A stretch of DNA of 63,413 nt, counting the filler, from Intoshia linei (Eukaryota; Animalia; Orthonectida), in NCBI GenBank assembly GCA_001642005.1. It is 8 parts of 8 records of this genome, joined end to end, with 100 filler letters (N's around TTAATTAATTAA, not from the genome) between each part and the next. Parts side by side here need not be neighbours in the genome. Positions count along the whole stretch, not along the records: positions 31,379 to 47,727 come from LWCA01000875.1; positions 47,828 to 50,933 come from LWCA01002143.1; positions 51,034 to 56,550 come from LWCA01001768.1; 5 more parts are not named here. One strand, given 5' to 3'. The notes under the pieces are model-generated. The model was not told where the DNA came from. It saw only the letters and a program-made list of their open reading frames with translations, and did no database searches. The position numbers were made by a program, and so were the translations under genes. This document shows positions 40,681 to 52,599 of the stretch, one piece after another; positions within the stretch are counted from its first letter, which is position 1, and each line of letters starts with the position of its first letter.

Positions 40681-41789
40681 TTCTCATTTATCTAAATAAT
40701 TTTTTATGTATTCATAATAAAATTTCATGTTATTAATGTTATTTTCGCTTTTTTGTATTTTAGTTTTCTATATCCAATCTGAATTGGTCAGTATTGCTAT
40801 GCAAACCATGAAAAAGGTATTTTAGTGACATCAATTTTGAACATCATTTTGAGGAATGAAATAATCATTTATAAATTATTAATTTTTATAATTAATAAAT
40901 TTGACTTTTTTACATATTTTTATATCTACGCTTAATCTGAATTGGATAAATAATGTATAGGTCATTAGAAGGAGAATAACTTGATGTAACATTTAAATCT
41001 CATTTTCAGGAAGGCAGAAAAAATTTATATCTTTTATTTGTAATCGAAATTTAATTTTTTTTATGTATTACAAAATATTATTTATTTATAAACTAATCTA
41101 TTTGAATGTTAGTTAAGGTATATATTATCACAAAACCCAATTTAATATATAACAAATAAAGTTAAATTTACAAAAATAAGGGTTTTTTAAATTGTCATAA
41201 TGGGTTCATTTGACTTAGAATCAAAACTATTTTTACGATGATGTGTTCATCGTTAAATATTCCAACATTAGTAATAAAAATATCATTTTGTTGGACAGTG
41301 TTATTAAATTTATTATCATTATAACACACATGAATTTAACATATAAATATGTAAAGTATAAATATATTTATAAATTAGTGATTCTACAATTTATTTATTA
41401 CAATTATTTTGTAATAAAAAAATATTTAGAAAGCTTTTTTTTTGTCAACTTTTGAATAATATTCAAAATATCTCGCGTCATCCACTTTGGCGAACACTGA
41501 CTTAAACATTACATTAAATTTAGAAAGTTTTCTTTTGAGAAAGAAAAATTGCGTAGAACTTAAAAAAAACCCGGACGAATCAATTATATAAATTCTCACC
41601 ATATTTCTTTATTAGAAATGTGTAGACATGAACATCATTCGAAATAATCAAGGCTCGTGGGTTCAGCTTATGATCCTATCAAATTGAAAAAATAGAAAAT
41701 CATCTAATAATAACTTATAACAGTGGTTCTCAAATTTTTATATTTCGCGACCCCTTATGAACAACAAAAATTTTAGATCTAGTATACAT

Positions 41790-42402
41790 GAGGGATGCCC
41801 AACCTGCCCATCGAGATCGACTGGTCGATCGAAGATGATTTTCTCGATCGCCAAAATTATAAAATTAGAAATAGTTTTTAATTTTAATAATACTTGTCAT
41901 TAAAATGATCTTTTGTCCTTTACCCTTCTGAGGTTACCCCACAGCGGTAGGCAAAATCTAGCCTTTTTCCCTCTCCCCTTTGTTAAAGATGAAAACCTTA
42001 TTATTTTTTTGCCTTTACTCTTCTGAGGTTTATGTATAACATTTAATTGTATATAGCATCTATATATTGTTAAAAAGTAGTTTATTATATGTGGAGTGGT
42101 TACCGGAACTCCATTTATTTAACCCCTTCTCTAGAAATATGATATACTGGCTACATTCAATTATAACACTTGGATTAGTCCACTGTTTATTATACTAGGT
42201 TTTGCCGATAAATTTCAAATATACAGCCAAAGTGCTTCGAATTATTCTGAATTTTAATTTTTATGTTTTCTACAATTATACTTTTTAATTTTTAACATAG
42301 CATATCTATTCAGAAACATTTTTTTAGTCAATGTATTAGTCGATCTCCACTCATTGAAAAATTTTAAAGTCGATTACATCAAAAAAAGGTTGGTCACCCC
42401 TG
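41790..42402. mobile_element. hAT (Buster-type) MITE beside or within another truncated hAT end at 41721
   Basis: GAGGGATGCCCAACC ... GGTTGGTCACCCCTG; TSD GTATACAT/GTATACAA; GATCGA subterminal motifs. A related right end lies at ~60840-60870. Confidence 0.82.
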
Positions 42403-43217
42403 GTATACAACATTTCAATCGGAATAGATAAATCAAATCGAAACATAGTACAGCTGACCATAAAGAAATCATTTAAAAAAATATTAAAAAGGCAAGCTGT
42501 TGAGTTCAGTTATAGAAAAATAATGCTATGATCATCAATAGCTCACCGTATGCGAAATCCCCATCTAAAGCTACAATTTGTCAAGCCTTAAAGGATAATG
42601 GTCTAAGATTTAAACATTAAAGTCAAAAACTCATCTCAAACAAAATTCAGAAGAATGGACTCATAAATTCTACCATTAAGCTTTTTTGTGACAAAATCGA
42701 TACGTCAAATATTGTATTAGGTGTGATTTGTTTTAAACTGTAGTGCTTAATTGAAGACTAAATTAAGAAGCATTAATTTTTTATTACTCAATAATTATTG
42801 AGTATCATACAACCCAATAAGTTAATTTACATTCTCCCGTATAACTCAAATTGACAAACAAATACAAATGTAGTAAATTAAAAATTTGTTGGTTGTTATT
42901 GCAGTACAGAATAACATGACATAATAAGTACATATATAATTTGTATTTGTATTATCCAAATAACATTATTATCATCTAACGGTTAGATAACTCAAAATAA
43001 ACATACAATTGTAAATATTTCTAAACTTATGCAAAGTACGCAGCAAAAATAGCTAAATAAAATCATCCAGTTGCCTAATAACCAAAAACAGCAACGAAGT
43101 TTGATACAATTCGAATACAAATCACCCTGACTCATTACAAACATAAATTTATTTTATAAATTTAATAAAGTTTATTTGCGTAAAGTTTGTTAAAAATATT
43201 TAATATAGTGTGATTAA

Positions 43218-45389
43218 ATGTCCAAAAATGATTCTTCCTCATTTCTGGATGAACTCATGGGTAAAAACAGAAACAGTTTCAACAAAGAAGATAATTATGG
43301 AGTTCATTGGAGTGATAAACAAGTTATTTTTAAAATATAAATTTAAATGAATTATTTCAATTTAGGTGTGTAAATTTTATTTAACATCCTTCTGCCCCTA
43401 TGACTTATTCAGCAATTGTCGATTAGATATTGGTACTTGCAGTGGGATACACGAGGATGAACTAGTCAGAGAGTAATTTTTTTTGTGTCATGTTATTCTT
43501 ATTTATTAATAGATACAGGAAAAGTGATCAGTTTGAAAAAATCGAATATAAAAAACAGTTTATTTCGTTTTTGATTAGACTCGTAGAAGACATTGATCGT
43601 AGAGTTCAAAGAGGCCGTGAACGATTAAACATGCAATTAAACGAGGTAATTAAATGTTTTAATATTAATATTTGCAACAAATGTACTCCAATACATAACG
43701 CGTTGTGTGGAACAACTCTATTGTTTATGGAGGTTTGTAAAGGTTAATATTTTATCTTCATACACGTCGAGTTGGTTATTTCATATTCCATCAACTTTTT
43801 ACCTTATGTATATTGATTTCATAAATATTCCAGTTTTTAATTGTTAAACTTAATTGGCTTGTAATGCAACGTGGCGTTCCTGTCCATCAAAAGACCTTAG
43901 TATCAATTAGCTAAATGTGGTACAAATGTAAATTTATACTTTAAATTATTAGACTGATAAATCCAGTGATTCAAGACTTGTAGAAATTCAAACCAAATTA
44001 AATAGACACCTCAAAGAGGTATATTAAATATTTTATATTTTAGTTTTGACGAAATTGGACCAATATTTTAGATTGAAAAGTTGGGTATTGAAGGGAATGT
44101 CATGGAAGCAAAAAAAATTATGACAGAGGTAGAAATACTTAAGGCTGAAGAACAAAGAATGAGAATGACTATTGAAAATACCGCCCAAAAAGATATGGAA
44201 GTATGCACAGTTTGTGGATCTTTACTGATAATCAACGTAGTTATTACTTTTTGTCTTTAATAATGTAAATTCGATTGTGATAACCATAGTTGTGTAGAGA
44301 GGTCTCGTGGTCATATGACCCAGTCTACAATCGTCAGGGTCGGTCAAACCGTTTTTGTCAAAGTTGAAAAGTTATATCATTAGATGGTTATTTATTTTTG
44401 TGTTGATTAGTAAAAGTATTGTTATGATACCGAATAATGTTTGTATAAGCGTCTATAATTTATTTGGCCCGTTAGACTGATGACTATCCACGGCTCCGGT
44501 GATAACTCAAATTATTTTATTAATTATTTTTTAGGACGCACCTCAACGAGTTCAAGACCACGTTAATGGCAAACAACACCTTGGTTGCCAAAGCATTAGA
44601 CAATATCTCAAAGATAATGATGTATGCATAAAATTTAAATTTTTATAAAATACAACATTTCTGATTTTAAGTGTTTTTGAATGTTGTGTAAGTGACTAGA
44701 AAATGATTTTAAAATGAAAATTTAACCCCAGAAAATGTAATATTTTGTCGATAAGACAATGACTACATTCTAATTGTCAAAAAGTGTGAATGAGTAATAT
44801 GTAAATTAACATACAAAATACTGTGTATATCGAAAAAGTGCCATATATCCGGTTCCTAGAAACTAATGCATTGGCCATTATTTTGAGAATTTTTGACAGT
44901 GTTTTAAACTAAACTAATTTTTAGGATCTGGTTAAAGAAATCAGTGATTCGCGAAAAGTTGATTCGATGGATTACTCAAATGGATCACCTCGATACAGAG
45001 ACAAAGATAGAGACAATGAAAGGCATAATGGGTCGGATAGGGATAAAGATAGAGAGCGAGACGATAGACGTTACAATTCACGAAAAGAATACCACGATAA
45101 GCCACCCCGCTATGAACCAGATCGCCAAAGACACAGAAGAAACGGAAACAGTCGATCTCCCCGTCGCAAACATCGATCTAGGAGTCGGTCTCACAGTCGC
45201 CGTCGTCATTGTAATTTTAATTTAAATTACTCGTTTAAAAAATTAACATTGTTGTTTTCTGTCGTACGCGAACCGCTAAATTTGAATATTTAAGAATTGA
45301 AATGTTTCTTGAATCTCAACCTTAGCGGTCGAATTTATGAATACATTTATGAATCTAATTATTTCATTTTAGCTCACAAGAGACGATAA
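43218..45389 (+). CDS. LUC7L3: Luc7-like protein 3 (U1 snRNP-associated, two zinc fingers + RS/RD tail), 8 exons
   Basis: Spliced translation: MSK..FLDELMGKNRN..WSDKQ|VCKFYLTSFCPYDLFSNCRLDIGTCSGIHE..|..MEVCTVCGSLLIIN|DAPQRVQDHVNGKQHLG..|..RDKDRERDDRR..RSRSRSHSRRRH|SHKRR*. Confidence 0.93.
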
Positions 45390-46167
45390 GGTTTGATTTT
45401 ATTTTAATGATATTATTCAAATAGTTACATTTATATATTAGCACTCGTCTAAATATTTTTATTCTCGATTGTGACTTTATTTAAGGCCATCTTCAACTAT
45501 TTAGGTTAGAATATAATAATTTCTTTTTCATTTTTCAATAATTTTTTTTAATAAACGGTAAGTTGAAACCAATTAAACCTGCGATGCATCAACCAATTCG
45601 CTATTTGTTGAAAATTTGTAATTTTTTTAATAGTATGTGGTGAATGGTAATTTTTTTATTTTAGGTTCAAAATTATTGTGGATTCAATCTTCAATTTGTA
45701 ATTTATATAATATACTTATTAAATTTATACACACTACGTCTTGTTTTTACTTTCGTCAAATTTTTTGTTCTATATGTCTAATCATTAAAGTCATCAGTCA
45801 ATCAGTATCGCCATTTTTTAATTTAAGATTCGTCTTATGAATTGACATGCTGTCACTAATGTGAACATTGTAATAAAAATGAAAATAACAGTTATACTTT
45901 TTGTGTTTTGATTGTGAAACAATTTTTTGGGAATGAAAAAAATCCGAAGGAATAAATTATATAGATTTCTACCCATTTTTCTTTATTGCAAGTGTAGACA
46001 TTCAATATCAGATAAATTGAAATAAACAGTAAACCAACTTCGTTTAACAGTAACATTACTTCAATTCACACTGTAAATTTTACAGTATATTTAAAAAATT
46101 AACAGTACTTTTATAAAAATTTTCACAGTATTTATTTTAAATTAACAATAACAATAATTATAATTAC

Positions 46168-46760
46168 AGTCAACGCTGTTCTATATGAACATGAAGGAAC
46201 CAGGTTTTGATCATGTTCATACTATACTGTAATATGAACATATATGAATGGCGATAATACATTAAATTAATACTATTAAATATACATATAATTAAAAGTT
46301 TCGAATGTCCCACTTGATAATAATCCCGTGATTACTTTAACAAAAATATTTTTTTGAATGATTTATTTTGATAAAACATTTTTTTATAGTTTCCATAAAA
46401 TCAATTATTTTCAATGATCGAGATTTTTTTTCTTGTTGAATTTCATCAATTATACCCCATATTTAATAAAGTTTATCTGGCAAGTTTAGCATGTAGTACT
46501 TTTCTATTTCAATTTACATTTGAACAGAGATATGCATCATAATTTGTAACTATTTACCTTTTTGTTATGCTCATCATCTTCAGAATCAGATTCGCTTTTT
46601 ACGCTCAGTTCTTTCAATCGCTTTTCTATCAATTCGTTTAGAAATTCACTGTCATCTTTTATCTTTGTATCATAACTTTGCTGATCACACAATATTTCAT
46701 TTTGTATTTCTTCATTAACACTATTATGAATATTTAACTTTGTGAACTCCAAAATAATTG
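46168..46760 (-). mobile_element. Possible pogo/Tigger 3' remnant
   Basis: TA|CAGTCAACGCTGTTCTATATGAAC terminus plus an acidic C-terminal-like ORF at 46537-46767. Confidence 0.35.
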
Positions 46761-46779
46761 CAAACATTGGTCATCAAAT

Positions 46780-47727
46780 TTCATTTTAATCAAAAAATTA
46801 CTCCTTAAATTAATTAAATCTTCAATCTATGTATCATTTATCAAATGATTTAATATCAATAAAAAGGGATCGCGTATCCAAAAATCGCAAGTTTTTATAT
46901 TTCCTCCCGGAAAATAGTTCTCAAATGAAATAGATAATGAGCTTAGTGTGTTAAAATTGCCAATTTCACGTTTTTATTGAAAAATTTTGATGCTTTCATT
47001 GCTTCATCTAAGCTAGAAAATCTAGATACTTTTCATGTTTAATATTGTCTTCCCACAATGATATTTTATCTTTAAATGCATTTAGCTTTTCATACGCCAA
47101 TATTACGTTCATATTTTTGCATTGAAGAAAAATATTTACATCGTTCAATTTGCAAAAAATATCAGTTGAATATGCTAAAAATTATTCAAATTCCAATGAA
47201 TCTGAAAACATTATATCAATATTTTGTTCTTTTATAAATTCTTTCATTTCCATTTGTAGCTCAAATACTAATTATAAAAAAAATTTTTAATATTAGTCAT
47301 GAGTAATTATAACATTTGGTATTTTCTTTTTGATCAGAGCTGCAAAACCGGATTTATTGCCTAACATGGCAAATGCCCCATTTGTACAAACAGAACCTAT
47401 ACAACAAATATACAAATCATGATCAATAAAGAACTGACATAACAAATTGAATACGTCTTGTGCTTTAAAAGTTGTATCTAATGTTTTTCAAAATAAAAAC
47501 TCTATGATATTTCCATCTTCAATAAATCTAACAAAAGCAATTAATTGACAGCAATTGGCCACATCTGTAAATTCGTCCAATTGCATGGCAATTTTTAATG
47601 AAGATTTTTTAATAAGGTCAATCACCTAATACAATATGTCTTCACTCATATCAATTATTCTATTTCGTATAATATCATTAGATAATGACACTGAAGCTAC
47701 TTTACTTTCTGCATCTTTACCCAAAAT
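46780..47727 (-). pseudogene. Decayed hAT (Buster/ZBED5-8 type) transposase fragment
   Basis: Minus strand reads VSLSNDIIRNRIIDMS..IAMQLDEFTDVANCCQLIAFVRFI..SVCTNGAFAMLG.KSGF, with stops and frameshifts. Truncated by the gap. Confidence 0.88.
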
Positions 47728-47827
47728 NNNNNNNNNNNNNNNNNNNNNNNNNNNNNNNNNNNNNNNNNNNNTTAATTAATTAANNNNNNNNNNNNNNNNN
47801 NNNNNNNNNNNNNNNNNNNNNNNNNNN

Positions 47828-48158
47828 AATACAAAATTTCAACCCCAGAAATCTACATATTCCCGGTGAAAAATAATTTTTTACATATTATTAATTAATA
47901 TTTTTCAAATATTTCGATTAAAATAAAAATTGAAAATGAAATTGATACTACAATTTCAAAAAAAATATGCATTGAACGTCTACACATTTCCAATAAAGAA
48001 ATATTGATGAAAATGTATATTATTTATTGATAGTTAATAATGAGTAACATTTTTAATTAATATTTTATTATTGAATGTATTTTTTTGGTATAATTAAATA
48101 AGTCCACCATCGGCAGAGCTAGGTGCTGTTTGTACGTAGTACATAACTGCCAACCTAG
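47828..48158 (+). mobile_element. Helitron 3' portion
   Basis: CGGCAGAGCTAGGTGCTGTTTGTACGTAGTACATAACTGCCAACCTAG|T. Confidence 0.8.
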
Positions 48159-48248
48159 TTTAATATATTTTACTATTGTATTCAATCACTTTGATTTATT
48201 TCTTAAATATATCGAAGCCGGGTTTTATTGTAAAATGTTAAATTTTAC

Positions 48249-50933
48249 CTTCACAGAAATTATGAGTCATGTTCCAGCTACAATTCGTTTCTATGCATTT
48301 ATTTTGGTTTGATATTGTATAACACGCATCTAGAATATGAAAAATTTAAATATTTTTTAAGATTTAAAATGCAATACATTAAATGTATTTAATTAACAAT
48401 TAATATATTCATATTCACGTGGAAATTTTGTACGGAATCAGACAATGATATGAAAAATTCTTTTTTTGGTTAAGTATATCAATATGTATTCTAAAAAATG
48501 AGTTGAAAGGTAATCCCGGATTCTATCCGATTTCTATATTTCAAAATGGCAAATTTAAGATAGTTATTTAATTGTACTTTATAATTAACGTTTCATAATT
48601 AATCGTGACGGTTGATTTTTTAAACAAAAAAATTAAGAATGAAATGAATAAAATCATACATGTCACTGAAATTTGTGTAAAAATCCAATATACGAGATGT
48701 GATTATGTATTTGTTCAATTTAAAAAGATAATAAAATTTTAAAGTTGTGAATTTTAAGCTTCAAAAATTAGCATTTCAGAAGTGAAATTTTTTGCATTCA
48801 ATTTCGAAAATCAGTATTTTCCCGTAAAAATTAACACTGTGTGTGTTCTAACATTTAAAATTTGTTAGCATTACTATATTTTTCGCATTCTATTAGTACG
48901 TATATGAAGTATATAAACATAGTATATAAGGTGTCTTGTGGGTATCTGTGTCTGTGTGTGTCTGTGCGTATGTGTGTGTCTGCGTATCTGTGTGTTGACA
49001 TTTATTGAAAAAATGACTGTCGCAGGATCTAAAAAACCCACTTGTTAATACTGTTTTTCTCAGAGCGTGTTTTTATCTATTTTCAGTTACAAAATTTGAG
49101 TCCTTCATGGTCAAAAACACAATTTCCCCTTTTGTTTAAAAAAAATCAACCCAAAATAAACTAAAAAATTTAATAAAACATACATTCTGGAACGCGTTTT
49201 AGAAGCATTAATATTATCGTTCATCTCTGGAATTTATGTTATTCATGACAATTTTTAGAATTAATGATAAGAGTAAGACTTTTTATGTAAAAACGATCAA
49301 GAACTTTTGTATTTTGGGATTGAATTTTATATAGGTAAAGCATTAAATTTTTTGTAGTATTAAAAACTTCCGGACTCAATAGAAAGTGTACTGTTTGTAC
49401 GAAGTATATAACAGTCAAAGTAGTTATTTAATAAAACATTAATAATAAAATTAACATTCAATTTTATAATAATAATGAAAATAAGTAATAATAATACAGT
49501 TAGTAGTAATGTAGTAGTACTAGTTAGATTATTAATATCTTGAGTAAGTAATTACCTCTACAAATTAATGATTCACTGTTCCATTGACAACCCTTTGATT
49601 TACAATCGAGATTATTACTTGTATTATAACACATTTCTATGCACAGAATAGATTATCAAAATAATAAAATCATTAAATTAGTATATTACCACGACAATAC
49701 ATTTGCAAATCATTCCACGCACAATTTGTAGCTACGCATTGATTTTGATCTTCTGCACTGTAGCACGACTCTGACAATTAATATATTTAATTAATGTATT
49801 TAATAAGTTTAAAAGTAATTAAAAAATTAAATGAACCTTTCATACATAACTGGGGCAACAAATTGTAACTGTTTCGATTTAATTCAAATATTTTTAAAAA
49901 ATTAAAAAGCACATTCTCCCCATAAAAAAAAATATATAATTATAATCACTAAATATTTGAAAATTTTTAGCAAAACTACAATATTACAGTTTACTTTTAA
50001 TGATAAATCAATTTTGATAGCATTCATTATATTAATTAATTAACTTAATTTGAAAAAAAGTTCATTTAAATTTTAAAAAGATACACTAACGCTTACTAAT
50101 CCAACGAAATTATTATAAGGTGTAATATTAGGGCATATGGTACATTTATTGTGATATTACAATACTAAATTACATTATGGTATCAATATTACCTTTGCAA
50201 TTATTGAATTCGTGACTCCATTGGCAACCTTTTTGCATACACTCCTGATTATCCACTACAGTTGAGCAGTTTTCTAGTTATTATCATTATTACGCATAGA
50301 TGAATCATCATTTACGAATTAATTTTATTTTATATTTTAAGCCTTAAAAGACTTTAATACCTAAATTATAAGCAAAAATTTTATATTTTATGTTTATCTA
50401 TGAAAAATCTGTCTAATCTAATCTAAATTTATTTATTGAAAAAATTGACATTTGCAGGATTTTAAAAAACCAATTTCTAATAAAATTTTTCCTAAAATGT
50501 GTTTTTATTCTATTTTTCAGTTTCATTTAGAATCTGAGTCCTTCAGAATCAAAAATCCAATTTCCCCGTTTGTTTAAAAAAATCAGCTTAAAACCAACAC
50601 TACATTACATTTTGTTTAAATGAAAACAGCCCTAGAATTTAAAACAAATTACCAATAGTACATAAGTATCCTGTTAAAACACAAATCACCCCCAATCGTC
50701 TCAATTGAAAATAGGCCTAACTGAATTAATCGCACTCTTAAGACTTTAAAAAATATTACCATAACAATAATTTGAAGACCTATTCCACCTACAGTTCCAT
50801 GTCAAACAATCCTGTTCTTGATTAAATCGGTAGCATGGTTCTGATTAATTATAAGTGTTAAAATAATTTAAATAAAATTATTAAAATGTATTTATTTCTT
50901 AAAATTACCATTACAAATCATTAAAGATGAACT
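48249..50933 (-). CDS. Fragment of an uncharacterised Cys-rich repeat protein, one 27-aa C-x8-C-x4-C-x-W-x6-C module per 81-nt exon
   Basis: Exons 50760-50840, 50193-50273, 49690-49770, 49556-49636 and 48249-48329 are all AG|81 nt|GTAA, phase 1-1. A partial exon at 50909-50933 is cut by the gap. Confidence 0.88.
48915..49423 (+). mobile_element. Non-autonomous Helitron (degenerate) with a GT microsatellite
   Basis: TATATAAG + (GT/CTGTGT)n near the 5' end; 3' CTGTTTGTACGAAGTATATAACAGTCAAAGTAG|T. Confidence 0.7.
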
Positions 50934-51260
50934 NNNNNNNNNNNNNNNNNNNNNNNNNNNNNNNNNNNNNNNNNNNNTTAATTAATTAANNNNNNNNNNN
51001 NNNNNNNNNNNNNNNNNNNNNNNNNNNNNNNNNATAATATTAAAAATAAAGTAAAAACAGTCCAATCCTAAAAATTGTCACAAATAGTATAAATTCCAGA
51101 AAAAATAAACTTATAAAAACCTATTTTGTCATTTTCAATGTTAGGACTTATATTTTGTACCAATTTAATAAATACTTAAAAATACCAATTGTATATCAAT
51201 AATTAACTGAATCTTCAATGTATAAACATTTCAGTCGAATTTTACCATTATTACAAAGGA

Positions 51261-52551
51261 TCCTAACTTATATAAAAGACTACGCAATTTTTGTTTGTGT
51301 GTGTGTGTTAAGCTTTATTGAAATAACTACCCGTCTTAGAATTTTTTAAAGACCACATTTCAATTACAGTTTTTTCCGGGACGTATAATAAGATAAATTT
51401 CAATCCTCCAATTTTACATCTTACAGACTTAAAAACCCCAAATTACCCTTTTTTTTATGAAAACAGTCGTAGAATTTAAAAAAATTTTAATCTGAATAAG
51501 TGACGACTTCACGGTCAAAAAAGCATTTTAGTATTCATATATTTTTTTCTGAAATATTTTATTAAAACAAAAAATGTGAATAATTTACAGGTCCGAAAAT
51601 TAAAAAAAAAAATTATTCTGATAGAACTTATTCCAGTTGATATAAATCATCTTAAAATTAATAAAAAATATTTTTCTGATAGAGCTTATTCCATTTCATA
51701 TAAATACAAAATTTGAACCTTAGAAATCTACGCATTCCCGATGAAAAATAATTTTTAATATATTATCTACCAATATTTTTCAATTATTTGGATTAAAATA
51801 AAAATTGAAAATGTAAATATTGATCCTACAATTTCAAAATAACTCGTCTACACATTTCCAATAAATAAATATGGGTGAAAATTTATATACAATTGTGTGA
51901 AAATGTAATTCATTTCTTCGCAATTTTTCAATTTCAAATTCTCATTTTCAAAACATTTTTTAAAATTTAAATTAAAACTAAAACAACGATTACTAAAAGT
52001 AATACAACTTTGTTATTATCATTTTTATATTTATTACAATTTTTTGCAATATTTGCAAAATTCAGCTGAAATATGTTTATAAAGTGCTGATTCTATTAAT
52101 ACATAATTGGTATTTTTAAGTATTTATTAAATTGATACTTAATATATTATTACATTGAAAATGAAAAAATAGGTTTTTATAATTTTATTTTTTCTGGAAT
52201 TTATACTATTTGTGAAAATTTTTAGGATATGACTGTTTTTACTTTATTTTTATACACACATTCTGTCTAATAAATTAAAAAAATGGGATAACAATTGTTT
52301 TTAAAATTAGTTACGCAAATTTTAACAAAACAAAAATAATATGGAATAAGTCACTTTAAAGTAAAAAGTAATGTGATGTGATGGTTCCACTTGAAACAAG
52401 TTTGGGAACCACCCTTTTAAAGGATTGATAATAGTGAATAGTATGATTTTTACTTAGATTTTCAACGTGAATTTATTTTTTTAGTAGAATAAAAATGTAC
52501 TCTTGGCAGAGCGAGGTGCTGTTTATACCTAGTACATAACAGTCAACCTAG
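51261..52551 (+). mobile_element. Longest non-autonomous Helitron copy (both termini)
   Basis: A|TCCTAACTTATATAAAA ... GCTGTTTATACCTAGTACATAACAGTCAACCTAG|T; no TSD. Confidence 0.85.
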
Positions 52552-52599
52552 TAATTTATATTATACATTATATACTTAAAAATAATTACTTATATTTAG

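Noticed and set aside
42440-42680. Possible Tc1 transposase HTH remnant
   Set aside because: Too degraded; no TIRs or catalytic motif could be confirmed.
44477-44483. CTGATGA as a hammerhead ribozyme core or snoRNA box
   Set aside because: There is no correctly placed stem II-GAAA and no convincing C/D pair with a terminal stem.
44944-45225. 93-aa ORF overlapping the LUC7L3 RS exon
   Set aside because: It is an alternative frame of a low-complexity exon starting at GTG; the RS/RD frame is the homologous one.
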